From assembly GCA_030141605.1 (NCBI GenBank), contig JAQGDQ010000697.1, forward strand, positions 46,850 to 110,849: DNA of 64,000 nt, given 5' to 3'. This document shows, in pieces, positions 52,386 to 64,000 of the stretch. Positions within the stretch are counted from its first letter, which is position 1. Each line of letters starts with the position of its first letter. The stretch is from Tubiluchus corallicola (lineage: Eukaryota > Animalia > Priapulida). Both the position numbers and the translations under genes were made by a program. The notes below the pieces were generated by a model. The model was given only the letters and a program-made list of their open reading frames with translations, searched no databases and was not told the origin of the DNA.

Positions 52386-55300
52386 TTAATCAGAAAACCA
52401 TGGCTGTCCATGAATAGCTTCCCACCGCCAACGCTCATAATCGCTAACATCATGTGATGTATCCAGGTCACTATCGACATACGTGTCCGACAAAATCCGC
52501 TCCCGTTCCTCCAGAACACGCCGGACACGCTCCTGCTCTTCTTCCTCCTCATCAGAACGAGACCGCCGCCTGGGACGGCCAGGCGACGGTGGCCAGGGGC
52601 ATCCAGGAAGAGCAAATCCATGCTCCTTCCTGAATCCAACACTCTCCCTCCACTCCTCGATACCCCTGGCAACGGAGTCCTCCGAGTCGCTGCTACCCAC
52701 AGAGGAGGTAGACGATCGACGCAGCTCCTCCGGATGGAACGCCTGTGGGTAGCAGGCCGCCTCACAAACATCTCCAACTGGAGCTGGAACGTCCTAAAAA
52801 TAAAAAAGCAATAATTTAGTTTACACAAAAGTACTACGCTGTGTATATAAAATAGAATCTAATATCGGGTGGCACAGAAAAAATGCACCAAAGTTTTGTT
52901 ACAATAATATCAAAAGCAAGTTCCCTACAAACAAGGCTGAAGTTTCTATGTATTAGTCCTTGCATGTAAATTTTACAAGTTTGAAAAGGTTGAAATTATG
53001 GTTGAAAAGCTTTTCCAGGTTAAAAATTTAATTATCCAAACAATAATTATCCAAAGCTAATAACTAACTGGAAAAAAACAGGCAGGTTGATGTATGAAGT
53101 ACTCAACAGATGGCAGCACAACATGGCATTACAATGCGTTAACTTTTCACTATAAAAGCAGATGAAAAAACGTTGAAACAATTTCAGCTAGGCACATAAG
53201 AAAAACAGTTACAGTTAATGTATTAAGCCTTTAACAGAGGGCAGCAAAATATTCATTTACTCATATATACACAGCAGAATTATGCCAGAGTCAACAGATC
53301 TTAATCATCTTGACATAGAACATTTGAAACAACTTAAACGGGAAATTGCACGGAGCCTTTTTGATGCAGAACAGGAACAAAGAGTAGAAAGTATTGAGCT
53401 CTAGCTGGGGACCAAATAGCCCTTTTTAGAACAGTCTTCAAAGGAACGCCACCCTTTTTGATATACTTGTCGAATGTCCACACACTTGGCATTTGCAAAA
53501 AGATAAAAATATGATATTTATCACAACATTTGTGCGATTTTCCATTTATTTTAACTTATAAGAATAGAGCATGCATCAAAAACCACTTTAACCACATAGC
53601 TGTAAGAATTACAAATAGTTCCAGCAAAAATATTTACATAATTATATATGCATGTACAAGAACAATGCACATATGCACTAGACAAACCTGGCACTAAAAG
53701 TGTTTAATACGTGCAGGCTTACAGTACTGTTGAATATTTATAAAAAATATAAAGAGATTTAAAAATATTAGTTTCGTAACACAAAACACAATCTGTACTA
53801 AATGGTTCAATTAATTTGTTTATAGTATGAACTGTAAATATACAGTTTGCCAACTATACTTTTAAGCAGGCCCAATTCTGCCAAACCCTTGTACAAATAT
53901 ACAGTTTGCGAACTATACTTTTAAACTGTACAAATATATAGTTATCTTTCTTATTATGGTGTCATAGTTTTCAATTTCTTAATAAGAACAATGGCATGAG
54001 TTTGATAAATGTCTCACGATATCAGGGAACTTTATATCATTTTTAATAAGAAAAAAATCAACGTTTCCATTGCACATTAGCAGTTGTCAGCAGGAAAAAA
54101 GAAATTAATTAAAAAAATAGGAATAAATTATCTTAATTTTTAAATTTCTTATCACTTACATGCTACCTTATTGTGCACAAAACCTAGATAAGCAGTAATG
54201 CTGTATAAAACTTGAAACTTCAAAGGCAAGACATTTGAATAAAGTTTAGATAACATTGGGTAAACTTTAAAGAATAGGAACTAAACAAATGTATAAATTA
54301 CTTTGTGTTGTCAATAGGATCAATAATGTGTTTTTGGTGAATCAGTGGTGCACACTGGGAAGGCGCTTGCAATGCCGTCTTAACAGTTGGTGAGAACATT
54401 TTAAATTATTTAGAATTTCCTTTTCTAGTTAGCACAGTGTTCGTCAATCATGTAAGCTTATATACTAAGTAATATGACTTTGTGTGGAAAGTTTTTTTGC
54501 GATAAACAATAAAATCATCTTTTCCCTTTTTAATAAAAATTATATAAAATTTGTTGTGATTTAGTTGACTGAGACGAAAGTGAGATTCAATTAGTGAGAT
54601 TTAAGGAATCTTTCATTCTTATTACAAGAATTTACAATTTTTACAACAAAATCTGCCATTGTTAATTACTTTTAACAATGTATATTTGATTGGAAAAACT
54701 TGGACCACAATGCAAATGCATTATATTGATGAGCAAACGCTTTGAACAATAAACATGATACAGGATGGACTAGAAAAAATTACCTGCACAATCTTTAATA
54801 AAACAGAAGCTCGAGCTTTTAATATTTCTTTACGCAAAACAGCTTATGATATTTTCTATGTACATTTAGATTCATGTACAGTAAATTTTCATTCAAACAA
54901 GAATATGTGTACAAAAGTGTACATATTACATAAATTATTGTAAGCATAAATATTATATATAACTATTGTTATTCTGTTTGCTTTTATGGTTTAGGATTAG
55001 GGTTAGGGTTAGAACTTGCAGTGTTTTTCTGTACAACCATGTAATAATAAAGTAATAAGCTATTCTACCTCAACAGCAGCAACTGCAGTCCGCCGTCGAG
55101 CATAAGGGTGCGGCCTGAAATTAGCAGGCCGCACCCGACGAACTGGCAAAACACGCCCCACTCCAGTTGGATAAGCTCTGAAAAATAAATCCTTGTTTAG
55201 CAAACACGTAAGCCTCTAAAAAGTCGTTAATATGACCGCTTGCATTTGCTCACTAAAATCGGGGGTGGGGTGTCATCGGGGAGATGCTGTATAACTCATA

Positions 55301-56935
55301 GCAAAATGAAAACTACTTTGGTGGCTATTTGCGTCGTCACATGGGCCGATTATTATGCTGGCATTTGGCGTGTTATTAAGTCATATAAAACCTACGTAAA
55401 GTATCAGTTAATACGTTAATACGTCCATTTACTGTTTCTGCATAAAAAGCAAAAGACGTTTGTGCATTACTGAACATTGGGAGCTTGTGAGTTTCTTCCG
55501 CTAATTTTTTTCATTTCTTAAAGATGTCTAACAGCATGTTTTTGCATATTAGCCCTGCTCGTTAGAGACAAAGTTTAACCAGCTTTGTGGTTTTATTCAT
55601 AATAATAAAAAGTTGAAATTTAAGGGTTGAAAGTCAGTTCTAACTTTGCACTTCTGACAATTGTACATGAAATAAAAATACAGTAAAATTAAGATTTCTT
55701 TTTGTCAGGTTTAAGTTATAAAAAAATCCGCTTACCTGGTCACACGCAAGGCCGGGACAGGCACCGCCTCCAGCTCAAAGGGACAATTACCCATCACGTA
55801 GTGCCTGCCCCGACCCTCCACCACGTTGCCCTGTCCTCCACACCAATGAAAATTCGGGCACCTTCGCCTAAAAGAGACAAAAATCATTTTCATTTTTCTA
55901 CAAAACGTACTGTCATTTTGCCAAACTTCAAAAAAAACAACAAAAAAGACTCAAAAATTACATGATGGGAAGATTCACTTCCGGTTTAATAACTTTATGG
56001 ATAAACAAATTTAATAAAACTACATGTGAAATTTGTTGGAACTAATTGACTCCTATTTGCTGGTATAGAATCGGGATTGCGTATCCCAATTCACAACTCT
56101 TTTACAAAAGCAAAAAACGATATTGAATCAAACTATTCTCAAAAAAGTTCAACTCTGGTAGGTTTATTATAAACATTGACTATACAAGCTGACATATTGG
56201 CTATACTGATAAATAAAATATCAATTTTCTAGTGTTGAAAGTACAAATTTGCACATCTAACTGAAAAGAAACAGCAAATATTTTGTTGCTATGCGTTATT
56301 CAAGAGCAAAAATTTCGGGGGTTAGCTCAATTGTCGTGTGTTCGTTTCCCACCCTGGAGGTCGCGGGTTCAATTCCTGACACGTCAGAGTAAAGATTTAA
56401 TTACCGTTCGTTCTGCCAAGCGGGTTCTATCAAGACTACTTTGAAAATAAGCTGTTATCATTGGACTATTAGTGTCCTAAACGTTATTAAGGACAATTAT
56501 AATTATTATTATTTATATAGCCATAGATTATTCATGTCTAAAACGTTTTAACCAAAATATATTAAGTCATATTGAAGTTACCCATGACTTCTTGGACGAA
56601 AATTGCTCAAAGTTGGTAGGTCAGTTGTTCAGTTACGGTTCACAACTACTCGAGTAAATTTTGTGCTCAATTAAGAAACAGCAGAATTTAGCAAACTGTC
56701 TATTTCAGCAGCTAAATGAACTACTGCAACCAACACAGTGAAATACTTGCTATGTAGAAAACCACAATTATTATGAATGTTGATACACATTAAACTCCCG
56801 AAGACAAGAAAGTAAATAGCTTGAACTCAGCCTGGATTTGAAACAGAGACATTTGAATTACGAAAACAATTTCATAACCACTAGGTCATCATGTTTCCTG
56901 GTGACTACGACATTCGTTTTTGCTTCTTCCTTCCA

Positions 56936-56994
<59 letters not shown>

Positions 56995-58205
56995 GTGCAT
57001 CTCTCTCTAAATGATTACCATTACAATCACCAACATCATCACCATCACCACCATCATTATCATTACCACCATCATTGTCACCATCATCATCCTTATTCTA
57101 TTCTTATCATTACCATTATACTACGATACAAAAAACAGTGACGTAACTTTAAATGATTGTTGACGTCATTTGCTATAATCATTTTTCCTTTTGGTACAAT
57201 AATTAACAATCGAAAAATCAGCAATATCTCGGATGGAATGAAATTGTGCAGAGACAACGTTCCAGTTTGTGTCGATTAAGACGATATGAAAACTCCATGA
57301 AATGATTGTAATAAGCTAGCTGTTAATTTATTATGCATTGTTTGCTTCACAAAGACTAAACGGTAAAGTTTTGAGTAAAGTAAACAAAAACGAAACTACA
57401 AAGTAAACAAAAACGAAAACTATAGCCACTAGGTGGCGAAATGAACGGTTCTACTAGTGAAAAAGCTAATTTGTAATTATAATCGTGTCTACTTACACTG
57501 GCTTCGGCTTGCTCTGGCGTTCTTCCAGGGGTGGCCGAGCCACCACCCCTGCCACCAGCTCCCTCTGGCGCTGCCGCTCGTAGCGCCACGCACAGGCAGA
57601 CGTGGCCCTGTGCGTGGCGTACCGGGGATCCACGTTCCCTCGCCCCCCACACTCGGCGAAAAAATGGCATCTGAAAAAAGAAGAAAAACGTCATTTCATT
57701 TTACTAGTTTAACAGAAAAAGTAAACAACAGCGGTTAATACAAGACAGTAATATTATAAGAGAATACATATATATAAAGTCCATGTTAAAATAAATAAGT
57801 TATCAAGTTGTTGTGTAAACTAAGGGTATGTAGTAAATTTGATTTGACTTTTTTATCACTATAATAACACAAACTATTTTATATTGTTTAAAGTTTTGTT
57901 ACAAGAAAAACTATGTTGTGTTTACTGGCAGCAAAGTCTTCAGGTTATTGAGAATTTAGAAATTTTTAATGATTGCAAACACAACAGACGTGGGGCTGGC
58001 TTGTTAACTTAAAATGTTTCAAAAATAAACTGTAAGATGATCCTGTAAAAAGTCATAAATAAAGAATAATCTCACACCACACGAGACTAACAGCAGAAAA
58101 ATATTTCTGTATGTTTGGACAACGGTACATATGCACAAAATAAAAAAGTAAATGGAAAGGTTTTCTGGCTAAAAAGCAAAATTTCTTTACTTACCGCTTA
58201 GGCAT
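52386..58205 (-). CDS. Tandem C2HC (MyT1-like) zinc-finger protein, about 277 aa, with PY-NLS-like motif and acidic C-terminus
   Basis: Coding exons (minus): 58205-58195 (MPKR, in-frame stop upstream), 57670-57497 (CHFFAECGGRGNVDPRYATHRATSAC), 55867-55736 (CPNFHWCGGQGNVVEGRGRHYVMGNC), 55177-55069 (RRVRPANFRPHPY), 52793-52386 (acidic tail to TAA). All GT-AG with phases 2,2,2,0; 834 nt open. Exons are GC-rich islands in AT-rich DNA. Confidence 0.8.
56317..56515 (+). mobile_element. tRNA-derived SINE
   Basis: A-box TTAGCTCAATTG, B-box GGTTCAATTCC, no intact cloverleaf, (ATT)n tail near 56500. Confidence 0.6.
56941..57120. repeat. (CT)n and (CAT/CAC)n microsatellites
   Basis: Direct inspection. 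Confidence 0.9.
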
Positions 58206-58465
58206 GTTAACTCAAGATCGTTCAATCTGAAATAAGCAAAAAAATAAATTGTTATTTACGGCTCGGTCAGCTAAAACCATTTTAGCAATGTCAAGATTCT
58301 AACTGCACAGGATCTAGAGTTCAAATCACACGAGTTTCATGACGATACGATCATTTGTTACAGAAATACAAGAGAAAACCCTATTGTGGACAGTGGACGA
58401 ACAGACACACGGACAGTAGGGTCATTTAAAATTTAAATATTCAACAAGAAAATAGAGAAACTTAC

Positions 58466-58821
58466 CAATTTGATATCGCTGTTAATACACGGGTATCTGA
58501 AAAACATAACAACTTTTAATTACATGCAATAAATGTTAACTTTCTTATGATTTTATAGCAACTCTGATGTTAATATACAGGGTCAAAATAAGTAATAACG
58601 AATATGAAGTCTTGATGAAGAAAGCTTGATAAACAAATAAACACTAGTAGTTAGCCATCTTAGAATGGAATGCTTAATCTGAAAAAATGTACACCAATAT
58701 AATATCATAGTACTTCTGGTGGTGGCAGTACCAGTAAATGTAGTACAAAATTTACATGTAAAAGTGTGTACTTAATTACCATCTTGGTAATTTAAAATTT
58801 GAAAAAAGACAAAGTTTGGAT
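58466..58821 (-). other. Candidate 5' UTR micro-exons of the zinc-finger gene
   Basis: TTTTCAG|AT...G|GTAA units at 58496-58466 and 58821-58780, with similar upstream intron sequence. Confidence 0.4.
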
Positions 58822-59899
58822 CTGAAAAAATGACAATTTTTAATTACGTGCATTAAAAGTTAATTTTCTCATGAAATTATAGCAGCTCTAATGTGAATTT
58901 ACAGTCCTCATAATATTATAGCAGCTCCGATGTGAATCTACAGTCCTCATAATATTATAGCAGGTCTGACGTGAATCTACAGTCCTGCATTTAGCAAGCT
59001 GTCTGCCAGTATTCAAAGTCAGTGGATACTTTAATGAACAACCTTGTGGCTGGTCAAAATGCGTACCCCCATGATTCTTCAAAAGGCACACAATTATAGA
59101 TAAGTTCACCACGAGTCATTATTCATTCATCATACAGTAGTCACTATTCATTTATTAACCGGGCTTTATGTTGCTTAACTTCGTTTGCGGAGATCATTAA
59201 TCTTGCTGGCAAATTTTCATTTTTTGGCAGACGTGTCACTGATAACGAAAAATACAAACACATCAAGGGCTACTTAATTTCCTTACAAAAATCAGCACTT
59301 ATCTTAAACAGCCATTTGAGAGTTCAATCATAAACGCGTAATTTAAATTTGAACAGCAACATTTTTAACTGTGCTGTTTTTTCTACAGCATGAAGATTGG
59401 CTTCTTTATGACACTGAAAATTTATTTACCAGACTCAGTATGAAGCCAGCTGATAAAGCCATTTTTGTTTCACAGGGTGGAGGTAAAAATTTTAATAAAA
59501 AATCGTCAATCCGTAGATTTATAACTAGTCTTTCATAAGTGACACGTTGAGCAGTTACTGTGGTAAATATTTATCTCTCGATTTTAACCAAAGACAGTCA
59601 GACAATAGAAATAGAATCATTTTTATTTCGCATACGTGAACAAACACGCTTCCGTGTTATTTGATCAGAGCATTTCAGCTTGTTAGAATATTTCTACTAC
59701 GCCGTTTCTTTTGCGACACCCTGTACAAACGTTTCTGGGTCACTGGCTGTCGAATTTTTATTCATTTTTATTCCTAAGCGACGTACTTTTCATGTAAAGA
59801 AGTTGAAGTGTGGTGAGAAAGGTCAAAGCAAACAGAGTCAAATATACAGAAATACCGAAGTAATTATAAAACACAAAAACTGGCCGAAATGCTACAACA

Positions 59900-60265
59900 G
59901 TCTACTGCTCATGCGCAGGAAAAACAGTTGTTTACATTCGAATATTTTTGAATACTTGAGCTCTAAACGTCTACTGCTCATGCGCAGGAAAAACAGTTGT
60001 TTACATTCGAATATTTTTGAATACTTGAGCTCTAAACGTCTACTGCTCATGCGCAGGAAAAACAGTTATTTACATTTGAATATTTTTGATGACTTGAGCT
60101 CTAAACGTCTACTGCTCATGCGCAGGAAATCTAGTTGTTTACATTTGAACATTTTTGAATACTTGAGCTCTAAACGTCTACTGCTCATGCGCAGGAAAAA
60201 CAGTTGTTTACATTTGAATCTTTAAATACTTGAGCTCTAAACGTCTACTGCTCATGCGCAGGAAA
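59900..60265. repeat. 69-bp tandem repeat (about 5 copies)
   Basis: Unit TCTACTGCTCATGCGCAGGAAAAACAGTTGTTTACATTCGAATATTTTTGAATACTTGAGCTCTAAACG. Confidence 0.93.
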
Positions 60266-60562
60266 ATTGTTAGCAAATTTTCTTATCTTAAACGTATAAC
60301 AAGGAAATAAATTAATGCCTGTCTTAGCACTGCATTTATTTCTATTGCATACTGAATTAACGCAGATTTGTCTAGTGTTAGTTTAAATTTGTCACAAATG
60401 GAACAAAAGTAAAAAAAACGTCTTTATTATTGACTAAACACACTGATGTTCAGCATAACGGAAATAACAGCATAACTGATAAATAAGTGGGTTAAAATGG
60501 AACAAGTTGTGGGCCTATTTACTTATTTTTTTTCGAAAATCAGTCTTAAATTTTACATGCAG

Positions 60563-61000
60563 TAGAGATGGGCGGATAGCTGATTTGCAGTATACGGATG
60601 CGGTGCCCGCACTGATTGTGTGAAATTGCGGATTAAGGATAGTGCATCATTTGCAGTTATGCGGATTTTTAATGTCAAAAATTGGGATTTTACGCGGAAT
60701 TTCAGCGCGCAAAAACCACGCATGGAAAATTTTCGACGCAAAACATTCCTTACAATTACAAATATTATAGTTTTTTGCTCCAACATTTTATGGTTTATGT
60801 TAGGCAAAATTGCTTTACCTGGTCTGGCCTCTTAATTTATTATTGAATGGTGATTATAACTTCATACAAAAAGCGGTTTTACACATACGGCAAGTTTAGC
60901 TTAAAGTAGTTTTTGCTTATATGTTTACGGATTATGTGACGCGGATTTTCAAATTTCATTCAATCCGCGTTTTGCGGATGCGGACACGTCAGTTACGGAC
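60563..61000. mobile_element. Possible truncated hAT-like non-autonomous element
   Basis: Starts TAGAGATGGGCGGAT with many subterminal GCGGAT motifs; no matching right terminus seen. Confidence 0.35.
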
Positions 61001-61838
61001 TTCGCAGTTTGAATTTGTAAAATTAGGCTCTATAATATTTGAAATCAAATTAAAATTGAAACTAAAAGCTTCCAGTAGCAATTAGGGAATAATATATTAT
61101 GAACAGCCACATATATATTATTACATATATTATATAATATATATATATCATATATAGATATAGATTATATATATATATATTATAAAATATTTTATAATAT
61201 ATATTATCAAAATTTTATATATATATCAAAATATATATATAAAGATATCTAAATATCCAAGAATTAGCAAAAAAAACTAAAGCCGCATAGGTACATACTC
61301 ACATAGATGCACGTGTCTGCCATGTTGAAAATTTAAAAAAACGTTTTCTTACCTTAGATAATGTAAACTACATTACAGCACTCATTAATAATTATAAAGA
61401 TCACTTAAGATATGCACAATACTCAACAATAAACAATATCAAAACACAACGAGAAAAATAAATGATATTCATTACAAGATATTAAATAAGTTCACACTAT
61501 CTACTTACGTCGCTCAAAAACTAAGGAGACTGTATCTCAGTTGTCCAGTTCTTTTATACTCGAAATGGTTTCGGACGGGTCTATTTTAACAAGAAAGGGT
61601 GAAGTCTTTAGCCAATCAGTGTTCTCAGAATTAGAAACGCGTCGTACAGCGTAATACAGTAGCCCAGTTGTAGGTCTCTAGCACAGTTGTAAGTCTAGTA
61701 GAGTAACACAGTAGTTGGTCCAGCTAACATTTCAGTACTTCAGGTATTTGAGTTCTAAACAATCAACAACCATAACTGTATGTCTACGTGACTGTAGTAT
61801 AGTGTATGTTTTGATACGTTGATCATGGCCGCCAAGCA

Positions 61839-61840
<2 letters not shown>

Positions 61841-61912
<72 letters not shown>

Positions 61913-61940
61913 TTCTTTGTCTCTCCCTCCCCCTCTCTCT
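61841..61940. repeat. (CT)n microsatellite
   Basis: Direct inspection. Confidence 0.95.
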
Positions 61941-62475
61941 TTTATGCAACAATTTTACAACTGATAATGTAATAAATTCATGATTGTTATAAAATAAACT
62001 TAGTATTGTTAAATTTTGAAACCAAACTCGCCTGAAAGAAAATTGTAGGGGTACAGCTTCCATTTGAACCAGGAACTCTTTGTTTACAAGTCGACGCTAT
62101 GACCACTACCTTATTTCTGTCGCGAACGGTGATCATGAGAGATGTATATTTAATCTGTATAATTCATGAGAGATGTATAATGGACGTTTTCCCAACAAAT
62201 CACAAAGAAATGGCATCTATCTTCATGTGTCAAGACATTTTATTTACGTGGACATTTATTTATGTATGTATGATAGGCAGCACTAGTAATGTAAGCAATG
62301 ATAGTTCAAAAAACAAACGAGAAAATCATTAATCCTTTACATGGGAAGAAACAGCTTAAACTTAGGAGAAACACAGATAATAATTAATAATGCCAGAAAA
62401 ACTAACAACAGTAAGAGCAAAAATTTATAGTTGTAAGTACTGGGTTAGAGTTACATAAGTTGACAAAAGATGGCG

Positions 62476-62476
<1 letters not shown>

Positions 62477-62548
<72 letters not shown>
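62477..62548. repeat. (CA)n microsatellite
   Basis: Direct inspection. Confidence 0.95.
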
Positions 62549-62551
<3 letters not shown>

Positions 62552-62600
62552 GAACTTGGCATAGGTTCTTCCAGCATCAAATATTCATTTACATAATGTA

Positions 62601-62720
62601 GACTACGGCCAAATGACGTTTAAATGACCGGTTCTCGTCTGACCACCGAAGTTAAGCAACGTAGAGCCTGGTTAGTACTTGGATGGGTGACCGCCTAGGA
62701 ATACCAGGTGCTGTAGGCTT
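62601..62720 (+). rRNA. Full-length 5S rRNA-like sequence (orphan copy, pseudogene or SINE3 head)
   Basis: GACTACGGCC..CCGGTTCTCGTCTGACCACCGAAGTTAAGCAACG..GGTTAGTACTTGGATGGGTGACCGCCTAGGAATACCAGGTGCTGTAGGCTT, 120 nt. Internal promoter boxes are intact, there are several 5' substitutions, and no oligo-T terminator follows. Confidence 0.85.
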
Positions 62721-63090
62721 GCGGGATGCGCACATTGTATCTCGACACTAGGCGGAAAAGCTGCACAAGCAACCAACGGCTAGAAGGCAGAGGAGGTCAA
62801 ATGACCCAACGGCCATGTATAGAGGAGTAAACCTTCCAAATCATGAGTGGAGCCCCAAAGGCGGACCAGTGCAGCATGCTCACTGACTCCGGCAGCTCCT
62901 GCAGCCAACCTGATGCCAAACGTATCGCTCCGCTTTCCTTTGGACTACACCAGGGAGGAAGAGAGGGGGTTCCTGTTGTCTGGGCAACTCAGGATCTCCA
63001 TACACCTTGCCCAGGCGTGCGCCCTGGAGACGTTCAAGGATCGGACTGCTCAGCCACAGTCGACGCTGCAGCTCCATCAATGTGATCAAT
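62721..63090 (+). mobile_element. GC-rich body fused to the 5S copy, resembling an RTE-clade LINE 5' UTR
   Basis: Motifs ATGAGTGGAGCCCCAAAGGCGG, CTTTGGACTACACCAG and TGCCCAGGCGTGCGCCCTGGAGA recall RTE 5' UTRs (from memory, unverified). Confidence 0.4.
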
Positions 63091-63585
63091 AACTGACTCT
63101 CTTGGTGCACACTCTATTGTCTTCCGAGACAGAAGCATGCCAACACCTTACACATACCTTACACAACGCAAGAATTTATAAGATGTTCACATGAGAAAAT
63201 TCTATACCTGACGGTAATCGTATTATATGTATATATATTTACATACTTTAACGACTGCCAAGTCAAACGATACACAATTTAAAACAAAACAATAGGGTAA
63301 CATGAGGTGCTAGTTACTAAAGAAAAACAATGTAGATTGAGTAATATTTAATAAAAGTATACAGTATGCTCACGATGATGATTTCCGCAAAACATAGTCA
63401 TCATCATCAACATCGCCATCATCATCATCAACCGAGATATATATATATATACATATATATATATATGTTGATTATATGAATTGAAATGAATTTATATATA
63501 TATATACTATATATATATATTATTTAATGACAATTATACGTTATCTATATTATTCAAATTTACTGTTTTAGCTTGATTAAAGCTA

Positions 63586-63698
63586 AACACACACACACAC
63601 ACACACACACACAACACACACGCACACACAAACACACACACGCACACACACACGCACGCACGAACTCACGCACGCACGCACGAACGCACACACACACA

Positions 63699-63761
<63 letters not shown>

Positions 63762-63821
63762 ACACACACACACACACAGACACACACACACACACACACA
63801 CATGCACGCACGCACTCACTC

Positions 63822-63909
<88 letters not shown>
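63586..63909. repeat. (CA)n compound microsatellite
   Basis: Direct inspection. Confidence 0.95.
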
Positions 63910-63912
<3 letters not shown>

Positions 63913-64000
63913 CTCCGGATTACGTCTTGGAAATGAGAAGATGCGCGGCACGCTGGCGCCACCTGTTACGAGCAAAAGAAATGATTGTTTTTTATTTCAA

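Noticed and set aside
52247-52828. 193-aa minus-strand ORF as the product of the GC-rich exon
   Set aside because: Splice phase from the 55177-55069 exon selects the other frame (ending at 52386), which is also more protein-like.
54991-55012. Telomeric TTAGGG repeats
   Set aside because: Only about three imperfect units inside an intron.
56317-56390. tRNA gene
   Set aside because: A and B boxes are present but the acceptor and anticodon stems do not pair; better explained as a SINE head.
63560-63907. Cys-Val repeat ORFs
   Set aside because: Translation of the (CA)n microsatellite.

Overview
AT-rich, intron-containing animal (probably invertebrate) genomic DNA in two parts. (1) About 3-32.9 kb: a tandem cluster of three spliced + strand immunoglobulin-superfamily genes, assembled by hand from GT-AG, all-phase-1 exons. 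The layout is leader, V-like Ig, C2-set Ig (two exons), I-set Ig, then a GPI-signal exon. Four V-like exons are strongly diversified while constant exons and most introns are near-identical. The middle gene carries two V-C2 cassettes, gene 1 has a duplicated GPI exon, and the gene 3 V domain lacks the B-strand Cys. The last intron holds a dense cluster of TTCNNNGAA (STAT/BCL6-type) motifs. (2) About 33-64 kb: a dozen unrelated minisatellite arrays, transposon remnants, nested inverted repeats and a 5S-rRNA-headed element. It also holds a minus-strand 5-coding-exon gene missed by the ORF track, encoding about 277 aa with two MyT1-like C2HC zinc fingers, plus broken copies of it on the opposite strand. 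All homology calls are by eye; no database search was run.
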